Below, in pieces: positions 19,068-30,571 of a DNA stretch of 64,000 nt. The position numbers were made by a program, and so were the translations under genes. How positions within the stretch are numbered: position 1 is the first letter of the stretch; the number at the start of each line of letters is the position of its first letter. The notes beneath the pieces were generated by a model. It did not search any database, had not been told where the DNA came from, and worked only from the letters and a program-made list of their open reading frames with translations. Location: positions 30,460,871 through 30,524,870 of the forward strand of contig NC_092676.1 in assembly GCF_964355755.1 (NCBI RefSeq), given 5' to 3'. The stretch is from Antedon mediterranea. Lineage: Eukaryota > Animalia > Echinodermata.

Positions 19068-21735
19068 TTTAGGTGATCATTTAGAATAAAATGATCACCT
19101 AATGTTATTGTATGAAATCTTTATTCTTCTCTTATTAGGTGATCATTTATAATAAAATGATCACCTATTGTTATTGTATGAAATCTTTATTCTTCTCTTA
19201 TTAGGTGATCATTTAGAATAAAATGATCACCTATTGTTATTGTATGAAATCTTTATTCTTCTCTTATTAGGTGATCATTTAGAATAAAATGATCACCTAA
19301 TGTTATTGTATGAAATCTTTATTCTTCTCTTATTAGGTGATCATTTAGAATAAAATGATCACCTATTGTTATTGTATGAAATCTTTATTCTTCTCTTATT
19401 AGGTGATCATTTAGAATAAAATGATCACCTATTGTTATTGTACAAAATCTTTATTGTTATTGTTATTATTCTTTCTGTACACTTTTTGTGTAACAATTAT
19501 CTCAAAAAGTTAAATGTCAATGATCACAAATTTTTCACAATGTCTTATAAATACTTTTAAGCTTTTAAGCAATTCTTAAAATGCGTATAAAATATGATTT
19601 TTTTTTACAAATCGTATTCTACTCACCATCCTTAGTACATTCACCAAATTTGAGTCAGTTCCGACTTAAAATAACGCTATACGAGCAGGTTAAAAATGAC
19701 AAAATGTGCAAATTAATTGCATCAAAGTGCTGAATATGGTGAAAATAAGGCATTTTTAAAATGAAAATAATTCTTCAGAATGCACGATGACCCCCAATTT
19801 TTTTAACTTATTCTGGAAGCCAATGAGTTGTAGATATGAACTCATGTACACATTTTACATACAAAATGTTGTGACGTCATGAAATGGCCACTTGAATTTA
19901 AAATTAATTTTTCTCTTTCGTCATATTTTATCACATTCAATAGAACGCATCTCTGTTATTTTGTGCACGATTTTCGCTCAAATTTTAGTATGTGATTGCT
20001 CAATTAATTGATTTCTTGTGAGTTGACACTATTTTCATTTTGATGACGTTATCATGTGTAAAAACTTGAATAACGTAGGCCGTGTAATTTCGCCTTCGCA
20101 GTAAATTTGAATATCTTACAGCTCTTCAGAATTGAAGGTTACCTTGATGATTATAATTTATTATGAAAGCTGATGAAATGTAGATATGAATTCATATAAA
20201 AATCAAGCCTATCGGATGTTGTGATGTTAACATATGGCCAGTTGAAGTTAAAAAGTAGTTTTTTCATCTTTTTCGTAAAAGTTATACAAATTTCAAAGAG
20301 CGCGCACAGCGCTTCTACGTGCCAAATTCTCTTCCAATTCTTATATTTATTTGCTCAATTCATTATCTTTCGAAATTGTCATCTTCGAGTTTATTTTGAT
20401 AATTCCATCATACCAAAAATTTAGAACATGATGTGGGTCCCGTAATTTCACCTATGCTACACTGTATATAGATATACAGTATATACTGTACATATTGTAT
20501 ATGACCATATAATAGGTACAACTCAGTACTATAAGTGTATATGCATCATGTCATAGGATGGCGTAGGCTACATCAACTTTTTACGATCCAGGCCCGTAGC
20601 CAGGGGGGTTTTTTATGGTTCGGGCGAACCCCCCTTTACAGCGAACCCCCCTTTACAGCGAACCCCCCTTAACCGACTGCGAACCCCCATCCCCGAGATG
20701 CCCAATACCTCACCCTCATCTCCGAAAATCGTCCAAATACGTGCCCCACAGTACAAAAAGTTGTTCGTAAATTAAAAAATCCGTAAACTCGTTCGGAATA
20801 ACTCATACAGTACCTTCTTTCCCTGTATGAGCGTACTTCGAGCGATATAGTCTGTAAAGAGTTGCAAATGAATTGCGGATTTTAACCTGAAAAATAAATG
20901 TTTGGTCCCTGCATGTAACATGATATTGACGCGTCTCACAGCGAGCTGGGGGACGAACGATTCGTACAAAGGACACCGCCAGACAACAACTGCGTACCAA
21001 TTGTTTAGATCACTGGCAGTCAGGCAGCATGCATAAAGTATATAGCCTTCCGACATACATCAGTATTTATGTGTGGCTATGAAGTATAATTATATCATAG
21101 AGGATCATAGTGAATATTAATATTTTACACTATAATATCTATGGTATCATGTACGGTAGTTCACATTATGGCATCCGATTATTTTTTTCTAGACCACCAG
21201 CCGATACGTAGGCCTACTCAAATGTATCAATATCACCTATTTACATTGGCATATTTAATTTCCTCAACAAATTGCTGTAAATAAATATTATAGATAGAGC
21301 TGTAATAAGAATTGCATTTGCCTTCACCCAGTGTGCTTTTATCGGGGCTTCTCCTAGACGTACGTTCGCATTGAACTTGAACGCAAAACAAAATATCGAG
21401 TAAATGATCAAACAATCGGCGGTTCCGCACAGAGCACGCGCATCTAACGAGTCCAAGTACGATCGTTTTGCTCATTGGTAGCATGCTGCATGAGAGTGTC
21501 TTTTCCGGCCATCTAGGGGTGTCATTTAACAAAATTTGCTTCGCCTCAGGCCCCACCCCAGGTGGGGGAGGAGGGGGGGGGGGAGTAGGTATGGGGGTGA
21601 CCCAAATACTTAGTGTGCGAACCCCCCCCCTTGACAGATCCTGGCTACGGCCCTGCCGGATCGTATGTTAATTTCATTAAAATGATAAAAATTATCACCT
21701 ATAATTCGTCAAAGTGACGAATTAATTCCGATTTT
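19068..21735 (+). mobile_element. Non-autonomous Helentron/DINE-1-like (HINE) element with a 6x amplified 5' end
   Basis: The 5' sub-terminal inverted repeat taggtgatcattt..aaatgatcaccta sits in a 66-bp unit repeated 6 times (19068-19460). The 3' end has subTIR attatcaccta (21691-21701), then hairpin taattcgtca-aag-tgacgaatta (21702-21724). Flanks are T-rich. Internal segments resemble the element at 43564-45068. Confidence 0.75.
20589..21655. mobile_element. Non-autonomous TIR element (hAT-like CAG termini) nested in the Helentron-like element
   Basis: TIR caggcccgtagccagg / cctggctacggccctg; subterminal gcgaacccccc repeats; no transposase ORF; no clean TSD. Confidence 0.75.
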
Positions 21736-21930
21736 ATTAGTTGGACTCTTGCACAGTTGCTGTCTAATCGTTGTTGTGTAATATCATTTCGAACCATATT
21801 AAAATCATAAAGAGATTCATATTCCTTAACATATGTGGCTGTGCATGGAAGTCCGGTCTACAAAAACTCGGGCCCGGGATCATTGTTATTGGGCCTGAAA
21901 GTGTTGGTGAATTCATAATTATACTTAATA

Positions 21931-21942
<12 letters not shown>

Positions 21943-22004
<62 letters not shown>
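21943..22004. repeat. (TA)n microsatellite
   Basis: Pure TA run; further runs at ~22473-22520 and ~22676-22693. Confidence 0.95.
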
Positions 22005-22008
<4 letters not shown>

Positions 22009-22043
22009 CAATGATGTTGCGTAGCACTGTGTAAATTATATAT

Positions 22044-22469
22044 AAATCATACTGTAAATTATAGAAACAGTGCTCATATTCGGAACATGATCTCATAATC
22101 GCGTCGAGCATAGCTCATTGGCGAAAGTTCCATATTTTTTAGTTGTATGAAAAAATGTCTCTGGCTGGATTCGAACCTGCAACCTCTCGCTTACAGGGCG
22201 AGTATCAGACCACAAACGCCCTGTTTGTGGGCGTTTGTTGTATGAGAGAATGTATCTGGTGGGTGAAAATCTGTGATAATACCATACATGGCTCTGTGGT
22301 CTAGTGGTATGATACTCGCCCTGTAAGCGAGAGGTTGCAGGTTCGAATCCAGCCAGAGACATTTTTTCATACAACTAAAAAATATGGAACTTTCGCCAAT
22401 GAGCTATGCTCGACGCGATTATGAGATCATGTTCCGAATATGAGCACTGTTTCTATAATTTACAGTATG

Positions 22470-22473
<4 letters not shown>
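22044..22473. mobile_element. Palindromic element with ~165-bp inverted arms, each carrying a tRNA-like unit, flanked by (TA)n
   Basis: 22044-22207 is the reverse complement of 22310-22473 (aaatcatactgtaaattatagaaacagtgctc... / ...gagcactgtttctataatttacagtatgattt). Confidence 0.85.
22290..22361 (+). tRNA. tRNA-like pseudogene/Pol III unit (tRNA-Pro-like body, TGT at the anticodon position)
   Basis: ggctctgtggtctagtggtatgatactcgccctgtaagcgagaggttgcaggttcgaatccagccagagaca followed by T6. A and B boxes are intact and the anticodon stem is ctcgc/gcgag. Mismatches in the acceptor and T stems and C at position 33 argue against a functional tRNA. Confidence 0.6.
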
Positions 22474-22523
<50 letters not shown>

Positions 22524-22749
22524 CCAAATTACTGAGAAAAATGACAATGCTGTGGGTATCAGTGGCTGGATCTCAATGGAGATACAAAAATAAAAAGCGA
22601 AAAGCTAAATCAAAACGATAAAGTAAACAGCCAGAAAAGTTAGCAGAGCTTTCGGGCAACACTAGCCCTTCATCATATATATATATATATATAATTATAT
22701 TATTATACAATTGAAAGCAAAACCCGTTGAATCTCAAATCATTAGGACT

Positions 22750-23835
22750 AGAAATTTGGCTTATCAATCAAATAAATACTTTCGTTCAAAATGAAACTCC
22801 AACCTCTCTAATCAAAAGATTGAACTCGAAAACGGACCCTTTTTTTGAATTGGGTATGTTGAAACATTTCAATATTCATTTAAAAAAGTACATTAATTGT
22901 GGTATTGATCAGTGGCTATAGAGGCGTAAAAACCCTCGGTCAATATCATGTAAAATGCACTGTGGAAAGGTCATTATTAAGACTGCAAAATTGGGCTTAT
23001 CAACAAATAAATACTTTCGTTCAAAATGTAAAATCAAGGCTGAAAAATTGGGCTTATCAACAACAAAATATTTTATTATTAGACGCGATAACATCAAGGA
23101 TAATCAGTATAATAATTATTAATATAGCCACTGTTACTAGTTTTATTCTACATGCTAAAGTAAATAAAAATCCACTAGAAAACAAAGAAGTCTGAATGTT
23201 ATGCTTATTAGCCATGTTATGTTTGTTTCGCCTATGATTGTTTGCAATGTCCACATATTATTTCCGTGGGCATATCCATAGTGTATCACTCACAAAAAAA
23301 GACGTGTGAGGTTCTTTCTTTAGATTTTGAAAAATGATTTGTGTTACAGGTTGACATGAGTCAAATGCTCAAGATATCGGCTAACGCCATGGGACCCTTG
23401 GCTTATCAATGAATAATAAATACAGTACTACTTTCGTTCAATTGAAATCGGAATCTGACCGTTTCATTAAATTGGGTGTGATTAGGCCTAAACATATAAT
23501 AATTTATTAAAAAGGTACAATAAAAACAAATGCATCAGAGGCGTAAAGAACCCACGGTCAATATCATGTAAAATTTATATGGTATAAGCACTGTGGAAGG
23601 GGTCATTATTATTAAACTGGAAATTCGGCTTATCAACAAATAAATCTTTCGTTTAAAATGTAAAATAAGACTGCAAAATTGGGCTTATCAACAAATAAAT
23701 ACTTTCGTTCAAAATGTAAATAAGACTGCACAATTGGGCTTATCAACAAATAAAATACTTTTTTTTCAAAATGTAAAATTAAGACTGGAAAATTGGGCTT
23801 ATAAACAAATAAATACTTTTTTTCAAAATGTAAGA
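22750..23835. repeat. Degenerate satellite-like repeat cluster (~53-bp motif, with a larger duplicated block)
   Basis: aaattgggcttatcaacaaataaatactttcgttcaaaatgtaaaa recurs at ~22750, 22988, 23045, 23620, 23675, 23730 and 23790. Confidence 0.8.
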
Positions 23836-23860
23836 AAACATTTTTTAAATATAATCCTTA

Positions 23861-24010
23861 AGCTCTGTCTATACTATCAAACTAAATATGATGTGCCCAT
23901 ATTATATAGACATGACGATGTCCACTACGATATTCGGGCACATCACTACCATATTTGGGCACATCACACTTTTTTTGTTAAACTAGTTGGGACAGTGTAG
24001 ACACAGAACT
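23861..24010. mobile_element. MITE remnant (PIF/Harbinger-like)
   Basis: Imperfect TIR agctctgtctatactatcaaacta / tagttgggacagtgtagacacagaact, with an internal inverted tgatgtgccca / tgggcacatca. Confidence 0.65.
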
Positions 24011-24754
24011 ATGTGATCGAAACATAAGTCGGAATTGGACTGACGCGATTGATTTATTAATGTAATGATTCATTAAAAACTATAATACCGATAAGCGTTT
24101 GGTATTGATCAATGGTGCAAAAAACCCTGAGAAATAATGGTATAACGCGATTTGGTGATAGCTTAGCAATAATAAAACCCATATACTATTATTATAAATA
24201 CCTATTACAAATCCATTCATATAACTTTTCATCGCGAACCGAAAATGTATAAATGTTATTCTACAGACAGTAATTATATATTCAAAAGCCATATTATTAT
24301 TATTATCAATACCTAAATGCGATAGTAATAACCACATAAACATAAATAATTCCCAATACAAGTTTGTGCGTTTAATTCTAGAAAGAAACGACTGTGCTGA
24401 CAGGCCAATGACATAAATCACAAGTAAAGTCCCAATTGTTCACTTGCGTTTTGATTGGCCGACCTATTATATTATATTAAATTAATGAAGACTGTTCTTA
24501 CAACTGTCCAGTCAAAAAGTTACGCGGCGTTTTTTGTAAGAAATATTTCTTGTTTTATTGTGTATCATGACGCGTAAGAATCGATTGTCAAGTAACACCA
24601 TGGACTTATCTAATTTATATGTGTGTATGATTATGGACATGCAGTAAACACATAACACACAGGTAAATTATATATAGATTACACAGCGCCCTCAATTATC
24701 ATATTGTTACGTTGTTTGACGTGTGTTAATTTTTGTGTGTAGTGTGTGTCGAAT

Positions 24755-25591
24755 CAAAGAATATATATCACAAGAATGAGTAATCCGCGATTTTCCCTGT
24801 AACAGTAATATTGTCCATGTGGTAGGGCGCCGCCATAAGTGTGGATGTATCTGGGATGTATACAACTTTTTGTGACGGTTTCACTAATCAAAGGCTGGAC
24901 CACCGGTAGTATTTTCATGATAAAAAATGTTATCAACTACATGCCAACATCATGTTAAATACTATTTGGATATTTAATTGTTCGTTTTATGCAATTTATT
25001 TAGTAAAAACTGCCGTATAAACAGTTTGCTTTATCAACCGGGCGCTACAATAGCGTGACCGGGCGTGTTGGTGTTTACGCGTTTTCACGTAGGATAGTTT
25101 AATAATATTCCTATATTTAACTTGTTTCTGGTAAAACAAATAAATGTTAATGACATTTAACATTTTGTCCTATTAATAACATGTATTTTATACTAATTTA
25201 TATCATAAAAACAATACTTAATTTACCGGGCGTAGAGTAGTACACGGGCAATGGTAAAGAATAGGCCGTGCTGAGTAACGATTCGTTGACTTTTGGTGTT
25301 GCTGTGTTAGGCCTTTTTTGTGAACTAACTTAGCATGTTAGTAAATAATTGTCTGTAAAAGTGAATGTACACTAGTTTGTTAATAAATATGTATTATAAA
25401 ATAGTTTACAATTGCAAAACTATTATCATAATTCTATTTAATGTGACATGTATAATATCTATTAAATCAAGTCTTATTTAGTATGTATACATCCGCCCTT
25501 ATGAGGGCGGGCATCACTCTCTGGAGCTCTCTGTTACAAATTTCTCATGCAAAAATCGCGGAATACTCATTCTTGTGATATATATTCTTTG
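24755..25591. mobile_element. Non-autonomous P-element-like transposon
   Basis: 40-bp TIR caaagaatatatatcacaagaatgagta(a/t)tccgcgatttt with 1 mismatch; perfect 7-bp TSD gtcgaat (24748-24754 and 25592-25598); CA..TG termini; no ORF. Confidence 0.85.
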
Positions 25592-25946
25592 GTCGAATCG
25601 ATCATCGAAAATAAACGGTATTTTACTGTTAAGTTCTATGACACCATTATTTTCATTAACTTACATTATGTACTTGACAAAAACACCGTTGATTTAAACA
25701 GGTAAAATGAAACTTTTCATACTACACTAGGGCCTACTAACTAGCTAGGCTATATTGGTAAGAGGAGAGGGTTGGCCTTTTCGTTGTAAAAATTCTCTAG
25801 CTAGGCCTAGCCTACTACTAGATAGACTAGGCTGGGCCTAGAGTAGTAGAGAGGCGGCCTAGGCCTACTACAGGGTAATTCTACTACAGTTAGGCCTAGC
25901 CTAGTAGGATTTACTACTGCAGGCCTACTTCTCCTAGCTAGGCCTA

Positions 25947-27748
25947 GGCGGTGTCAGATGAAATCGGTCGCGCTTGAAATCGGTCGCGTTTGAAATCGGT
26001 CGCGATAAAATCGACTTCCGGTATTTTGTATGGCGCGCCGCTAGAGCTATACTTTTGATTATATCGGTCGCGTTTGAAATCGGTCGCGTTTGAAATCGGT
26101 CGCGCTATTTTGTATGGATCGAGCGGGATGCATGCTAGAGCGGGATATACATTTTTCGTTTATATATATTTAATTGATATTTTTTAGGAACTAGATTATT
26201 TATGTGGATATTGTTAATCATTAAATTAATTTTTTTTTTGTATTTCACAGGTCTCGGAGAAGGACTGTGTCTGTTCAAAATGGCCATTTATAAACACGTT
26301 TAAATATTATATTAGGCATAATATTATATAAGGCATATAATAATTTACCTCTATTTATATGTACTGTAATTAATATATTATATAGAGAATATACGTCTGT
26401 CGTGTCTTTTATTAATAATTATGCAAACAATTACGTATGGTTTTAGGATATTAATAAAATATATAGATAATATGCCGTTATAAATCAATCTACCGGCCTA
26501 CAGTAGGACTATGATGTACAATGATTGATGTGAGAATAATAATGTATGGATAATAAAGGTGGACACGATTCTCAAAGACTGAGGTAATCTGCACTGATAT
26601 TTAAACATTTATATTTACGAACGGCGTATGAATGTGAGACACTGAGTTGCACTTACTTAAATTTACATTAAATGATTACTGTATTATAAATGAAGAAATA
26701 AAAGATATTAAAATTAAAATCTATAGTATCGCCGACGTATATACGTAAATTATATATAAATCAAACTGTCAACTGTCATCTTTACCTCGCCATGGACAAC
26801 GATCGTACGTGTTTTGTCCATGAGTTGACACACTAACAAGTGCGTGTTTTTTAAAAAAGGGAAACCCCGTCAGCAAAATAACGTATTGTGTTAGAGGAAA
26901 CAGCTGCACGATCATAGAAGGCGCATCTCCGATATGGCTTATGTGGGGGGTTATTTCAGTTACTCGCCTTTTAACCATCCGCATATAATGATCATTTTAC
27001 TAACAACTATTTTAAACCTCAGAAATAAAAATATACACGTGATTTGCCTCAACAATAATCATTATACACTTAATATTATCCTACATAATGGATAGAAATA
27101 AAATAGAAATAAAAATAAGGTGATCGAATAGTATGTTGTTAACGACATGGATATGATATAATCTGCCACAGTATGCATAAGTATAAAAATGGATACGCTG
27201 ACTTTACGGGCTATATTGTAAAAATTATTGTTTTTAAATAAATTGTTCTCTTTTACGTAATTGTTTGCATAATAAAAGACACGGCAGACGTATATTCTCT
27301 ATATAATATATTAATTACAGTACATATAAATAGAGGTAAATTATTATATGCCTAATATAACATTATGCCTAATATAATATTTAAACGTGTTTAGAAATGG
27401 CCATTTTGAACAGACACAGTCCTTCTCCGAGACCTGTGAAATACAAAAAAAAATAATTAATTTAATGATTGATAATAAATATTTATTAACCAAGTAAAAA
27501 ATATCCCCATAAATAATCTAGTTCCTAAAAAATAGCAATTAAATCTATATAAATGAAAAATGTTTATCCCGCTCTAGCATGCATCCCGCTCGATCCATAC
27601 AAAATAGCGCGACCGATTTCAAACGCGACCGATTTCATCAAAAGTATAGCTCTAGCGGCGCGCCATACAAAATAAGGAAGTTGATTTTATCGCGACCGAT
27701 TTCAAACGCGACCGATTTCAGACGCGACCGATTTCATCGTAAACCGCC
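25947..27748. mobile_element. Foldback/Mutator-like element with ~490-bp TIRs
   Basis: 25947-26437 is inverted at ~27255-27748. The TIRs contain tandem tgaaatcggtcgcgtt subrepeats. Flanks ctaggcctag / ctaggctag resemble an imperfect 9-10 bp TSD. The ~800-bp spacer is non-coding. Confidence 0.85.
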
Positions 27749-28410
27749 TAGGCTAGGGCTATTTTAATAGCCTGTCATCCTCGAGGAGTGTACGATACGA
27801 CGTTTGAATCCGGGACAATTCGGCTCACTCAAGACAAGAGCGGTGGGACTGTCACACCAAAATCAGTCCGGGCCAAAATCGGTCCAGCGGACCATTTATG
27901 GCTGCCAAAACCTGTCCGGCCGGACCAATTTTGGCCGCCAAAACTGGTCCGGCCGGACCAATTTTGGCCGCCAAAACTGGTCCGGCCTGGATAAAATTGG
28001 TCCGGGGAGTAGGACTTATTCTCTGCCTGTTTTTAATCCATTTTGTTCTTTTAACATCTTCGTTTCCCCATGATGTTAAAAACAATTTAATTTATTACTA
28101 ATTTATGGTTAATCAATCAATATCAATTCAGTACAATCAGTATAAAACAATTATCCAATATTGATTAGGCTGAGGAAGGAAAAAGGCCTCAATCATAAAA
28201 TAAAATCTGGCTGGCAATATCAGCGTCTCCTACCCGTTCATGTGAGTGTGTGGCAGGCTGAAATATGAGTGAACACCTAAGTCATGTTTTTAGATAAAAT
28301 ACATTTATTTATAGTATTTATCCGACAAGATAACTTACTTATATATATCATGGGATATTTTTCTAGCCATAAACAACTTAAAACAGCATCATAGGCCTAG
28401 TAATTCAATT

Positions 28411-30571
28411 CCGGCTTTGAATATCAACAAGCTACCAGCCTTCCTCCCAGCAAGTGAACCACCAGTTATACATGAATGGGAAGTTCGTAAGGCTTTGAAT
28501 AAATTGAACTGTAATAAATCAAGCCACCCATCAGACTTACCAATTAAAATAATTAAGGAATTTGCTATTGAACTTGCTAACCCGCTAACTAAATTATTTA
28601 ATACGTGTCTCAATGAGGGACACTTTCCACATCAGTGCTTCAATAGTTCCAGTTCCAAAACAAAACAAGATCCGCTCTTTTGATGATCTTCGTCCAATAT
28701 CATTGACGCTGGTCTTTGCTAAGATTTTTGAAGCATTTATTGCCAAATGGATTATTGAGGATATTGATAATAAATTAGACACTAAGCAGTATGGTAATAC
28801 TAAAGGTTCATCTACTATAAATTATCTTGTGGGTATGTTAAATTATGTTTATGACAAGCCCAAACAATCAGTTGAACTCTGTACAATTGACTTTACTAAG
28901 GCCTTTGATAGAGTTAATCATACAATTATTATAGATAAATTAATTAAACTTGGAGTTAGGTCATCCATTGTTTCCATCGTCTGCAGCTTTCTCTGTGAAA
29001 GAACTCTACTACCAAACTTGGCACGCACATTTCTTCCACCAAATCAATCTCTTGTGGGGTACCACAGGGAACCAAACTGGGACCCATACTATTCTTGGTT
29101 CTAGTAAATGATGCTGCCATTGAAAGTTGTAGGCGTTGGAAATTTGTGGATGACCTGACTCTAGGGGAAGTAACCAAATGTGGTGTTTCCTCCAACTTAC
29201 AAAGTGTCCTTAACAGTGTCAGTGAGTGGTGTGCATCTAATGATGTTCTACCTAAACCAGCTAAATGCCAAGTAATTGAATTTAACTTTTTAAAGCAACG
29301 GCAGCTTAATTTAGTATACACTATTGATAATTTTAATCTTCCAATAGTTATAGCAAGTTAAACTGCTTGGTGTAATAATCCAAAATGACCTCAAATGGGG
29401 TTCAAATGTTAATGATATAACATCAAGAGCCTCGCGTAGACTATTCTCACTATGTATTCTGAAAAGGTCTAGTGCACCAGTCAGTGACCTGGTTACAGTA
29501 TTTACATCATATATCAGACCTGTGCTGGAATATGCCTGCCAGGTTTGGCATTCATCATTAACGGTTCAGCAATCTAATTTAATAGAAAAAATTCAAAAAC
29601 GGGCATTGCGCATAATTTTGAGCCCACATTATGTTAGCTATAAATTAGCGTTAGAGCAAGTGGGTTTGCCTTCTTTAAAGTCCCGTAGAGAACAGATTCT
29701 TCTCAAGTTTGGCAAGAGTCTTTTAGAATCTACCAAATTTAGAAATATGTTACCAGCATATAACTCTGATAGGCATTCAAGATCGTTAAGGAGCAATACT
29801 AGCTCAAAGTTGGATTCTTGCAGATGTCGTACAGAAAGATATAGGCGGTCTACTATTCCGCACTTAGCACGAATCCTTTAAGTTTAAAGATGTATTGTCC
29901 CTTGAAACACAAAAAATGAAGGTCAAAATTTTCTAAATTTAAATTGGCCATATCAAAGTAACAGTAAAGTTATTCACTTTAAGTTGAAAATTCGAGCCAA
30001 AAACAACAAGTTTACATAATTAACAGGTAAATTAATTTGATTACATTTTGTCTGATAAATCGTCGCGAGCGAAAGTAAACAAAGATTTCAAACCACGAGT
30101 ATGCATTATGCATGATGCTAATTAGGATTGTTTACAACTCGTCACGGTTGAGAAGGTGTTTTCACACAGATTGCGAAGAAATTTTATGATTATGCATACA
30201 GATGAGCCAAACAAGCGCGTTGCATTATGAGATATGGTTTGATCGAAAACTTTGACTGGAAGTCACAGTTATTTTTTTAACAAAAAAATGTCTGTATTTC
30301 AGTTAAATGATTTTTTTCCCGACTAATTTTTGGTGAAAGTTAATAACTATTATGATACTTCAAAATGACCCACTTTTTTTCGAAATCTTTTTTTTTTTAT
30401 TCTTTTGGAATTAGTCAAAGGGACAATACATCTTTAAGTTTAATGTTTAGTTTAGATCTCTTATGATGTATTTTACTTCTCAGTTTATGATTGTAATCCA
30501 ACCTTTTCAGCTCTTGCTGCTGGTTGGAATTTGATGTTTTTTATACCTTAATAAATAAATAAATAAATAAA
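28411..30571 (+). mobile_element. 5'-truncated, frameshifted non-LTR retrotransposon (CR1/L2/Daphne-type RT)
   Basis: RT motifs LRPISLT, IDFTKAFDRVNH, GVPQGTKLGPILF, KFVDD and LEYACQVWH are split over several frames. It has a (TAAA)n 3' tail and TSD taattcaatt at 28401-28410 and 30572-30581. Confidence 0.92.
29888..30433. mobile_element. Kolobok-like MITE inserted just after the LINE stop codon
   Basis: TIR agatgtattgtccctt / aagggacaatacatct with TTAA on both sides (29884-29887 and 30434-30437). Confidence 0.85.

Noticed and set aside
22290-22361. Functional tRNA-Thr(TGT) gene
   Set aside because: Mismatches in the acceptor and T stems, C instead of U33, a Pro-like body and its position inside an inverted-repeat element point to a tRNA-derived repeat.
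27579-28101. Overlapping repeat-rich ORFs (PDQFWPPKLVR etc.)
   Set aside because: They are translations of subterminal repeats of two TIR elements; no transposase motifs are present.
28417-29881. Active reverse transcriptase gene or novel RT system
   Set aside because: It has at least three frameshifts, is 5' truncated with no endonuclease domain, and has a (TAAA)n tail and TSD: a dead LINE copy.
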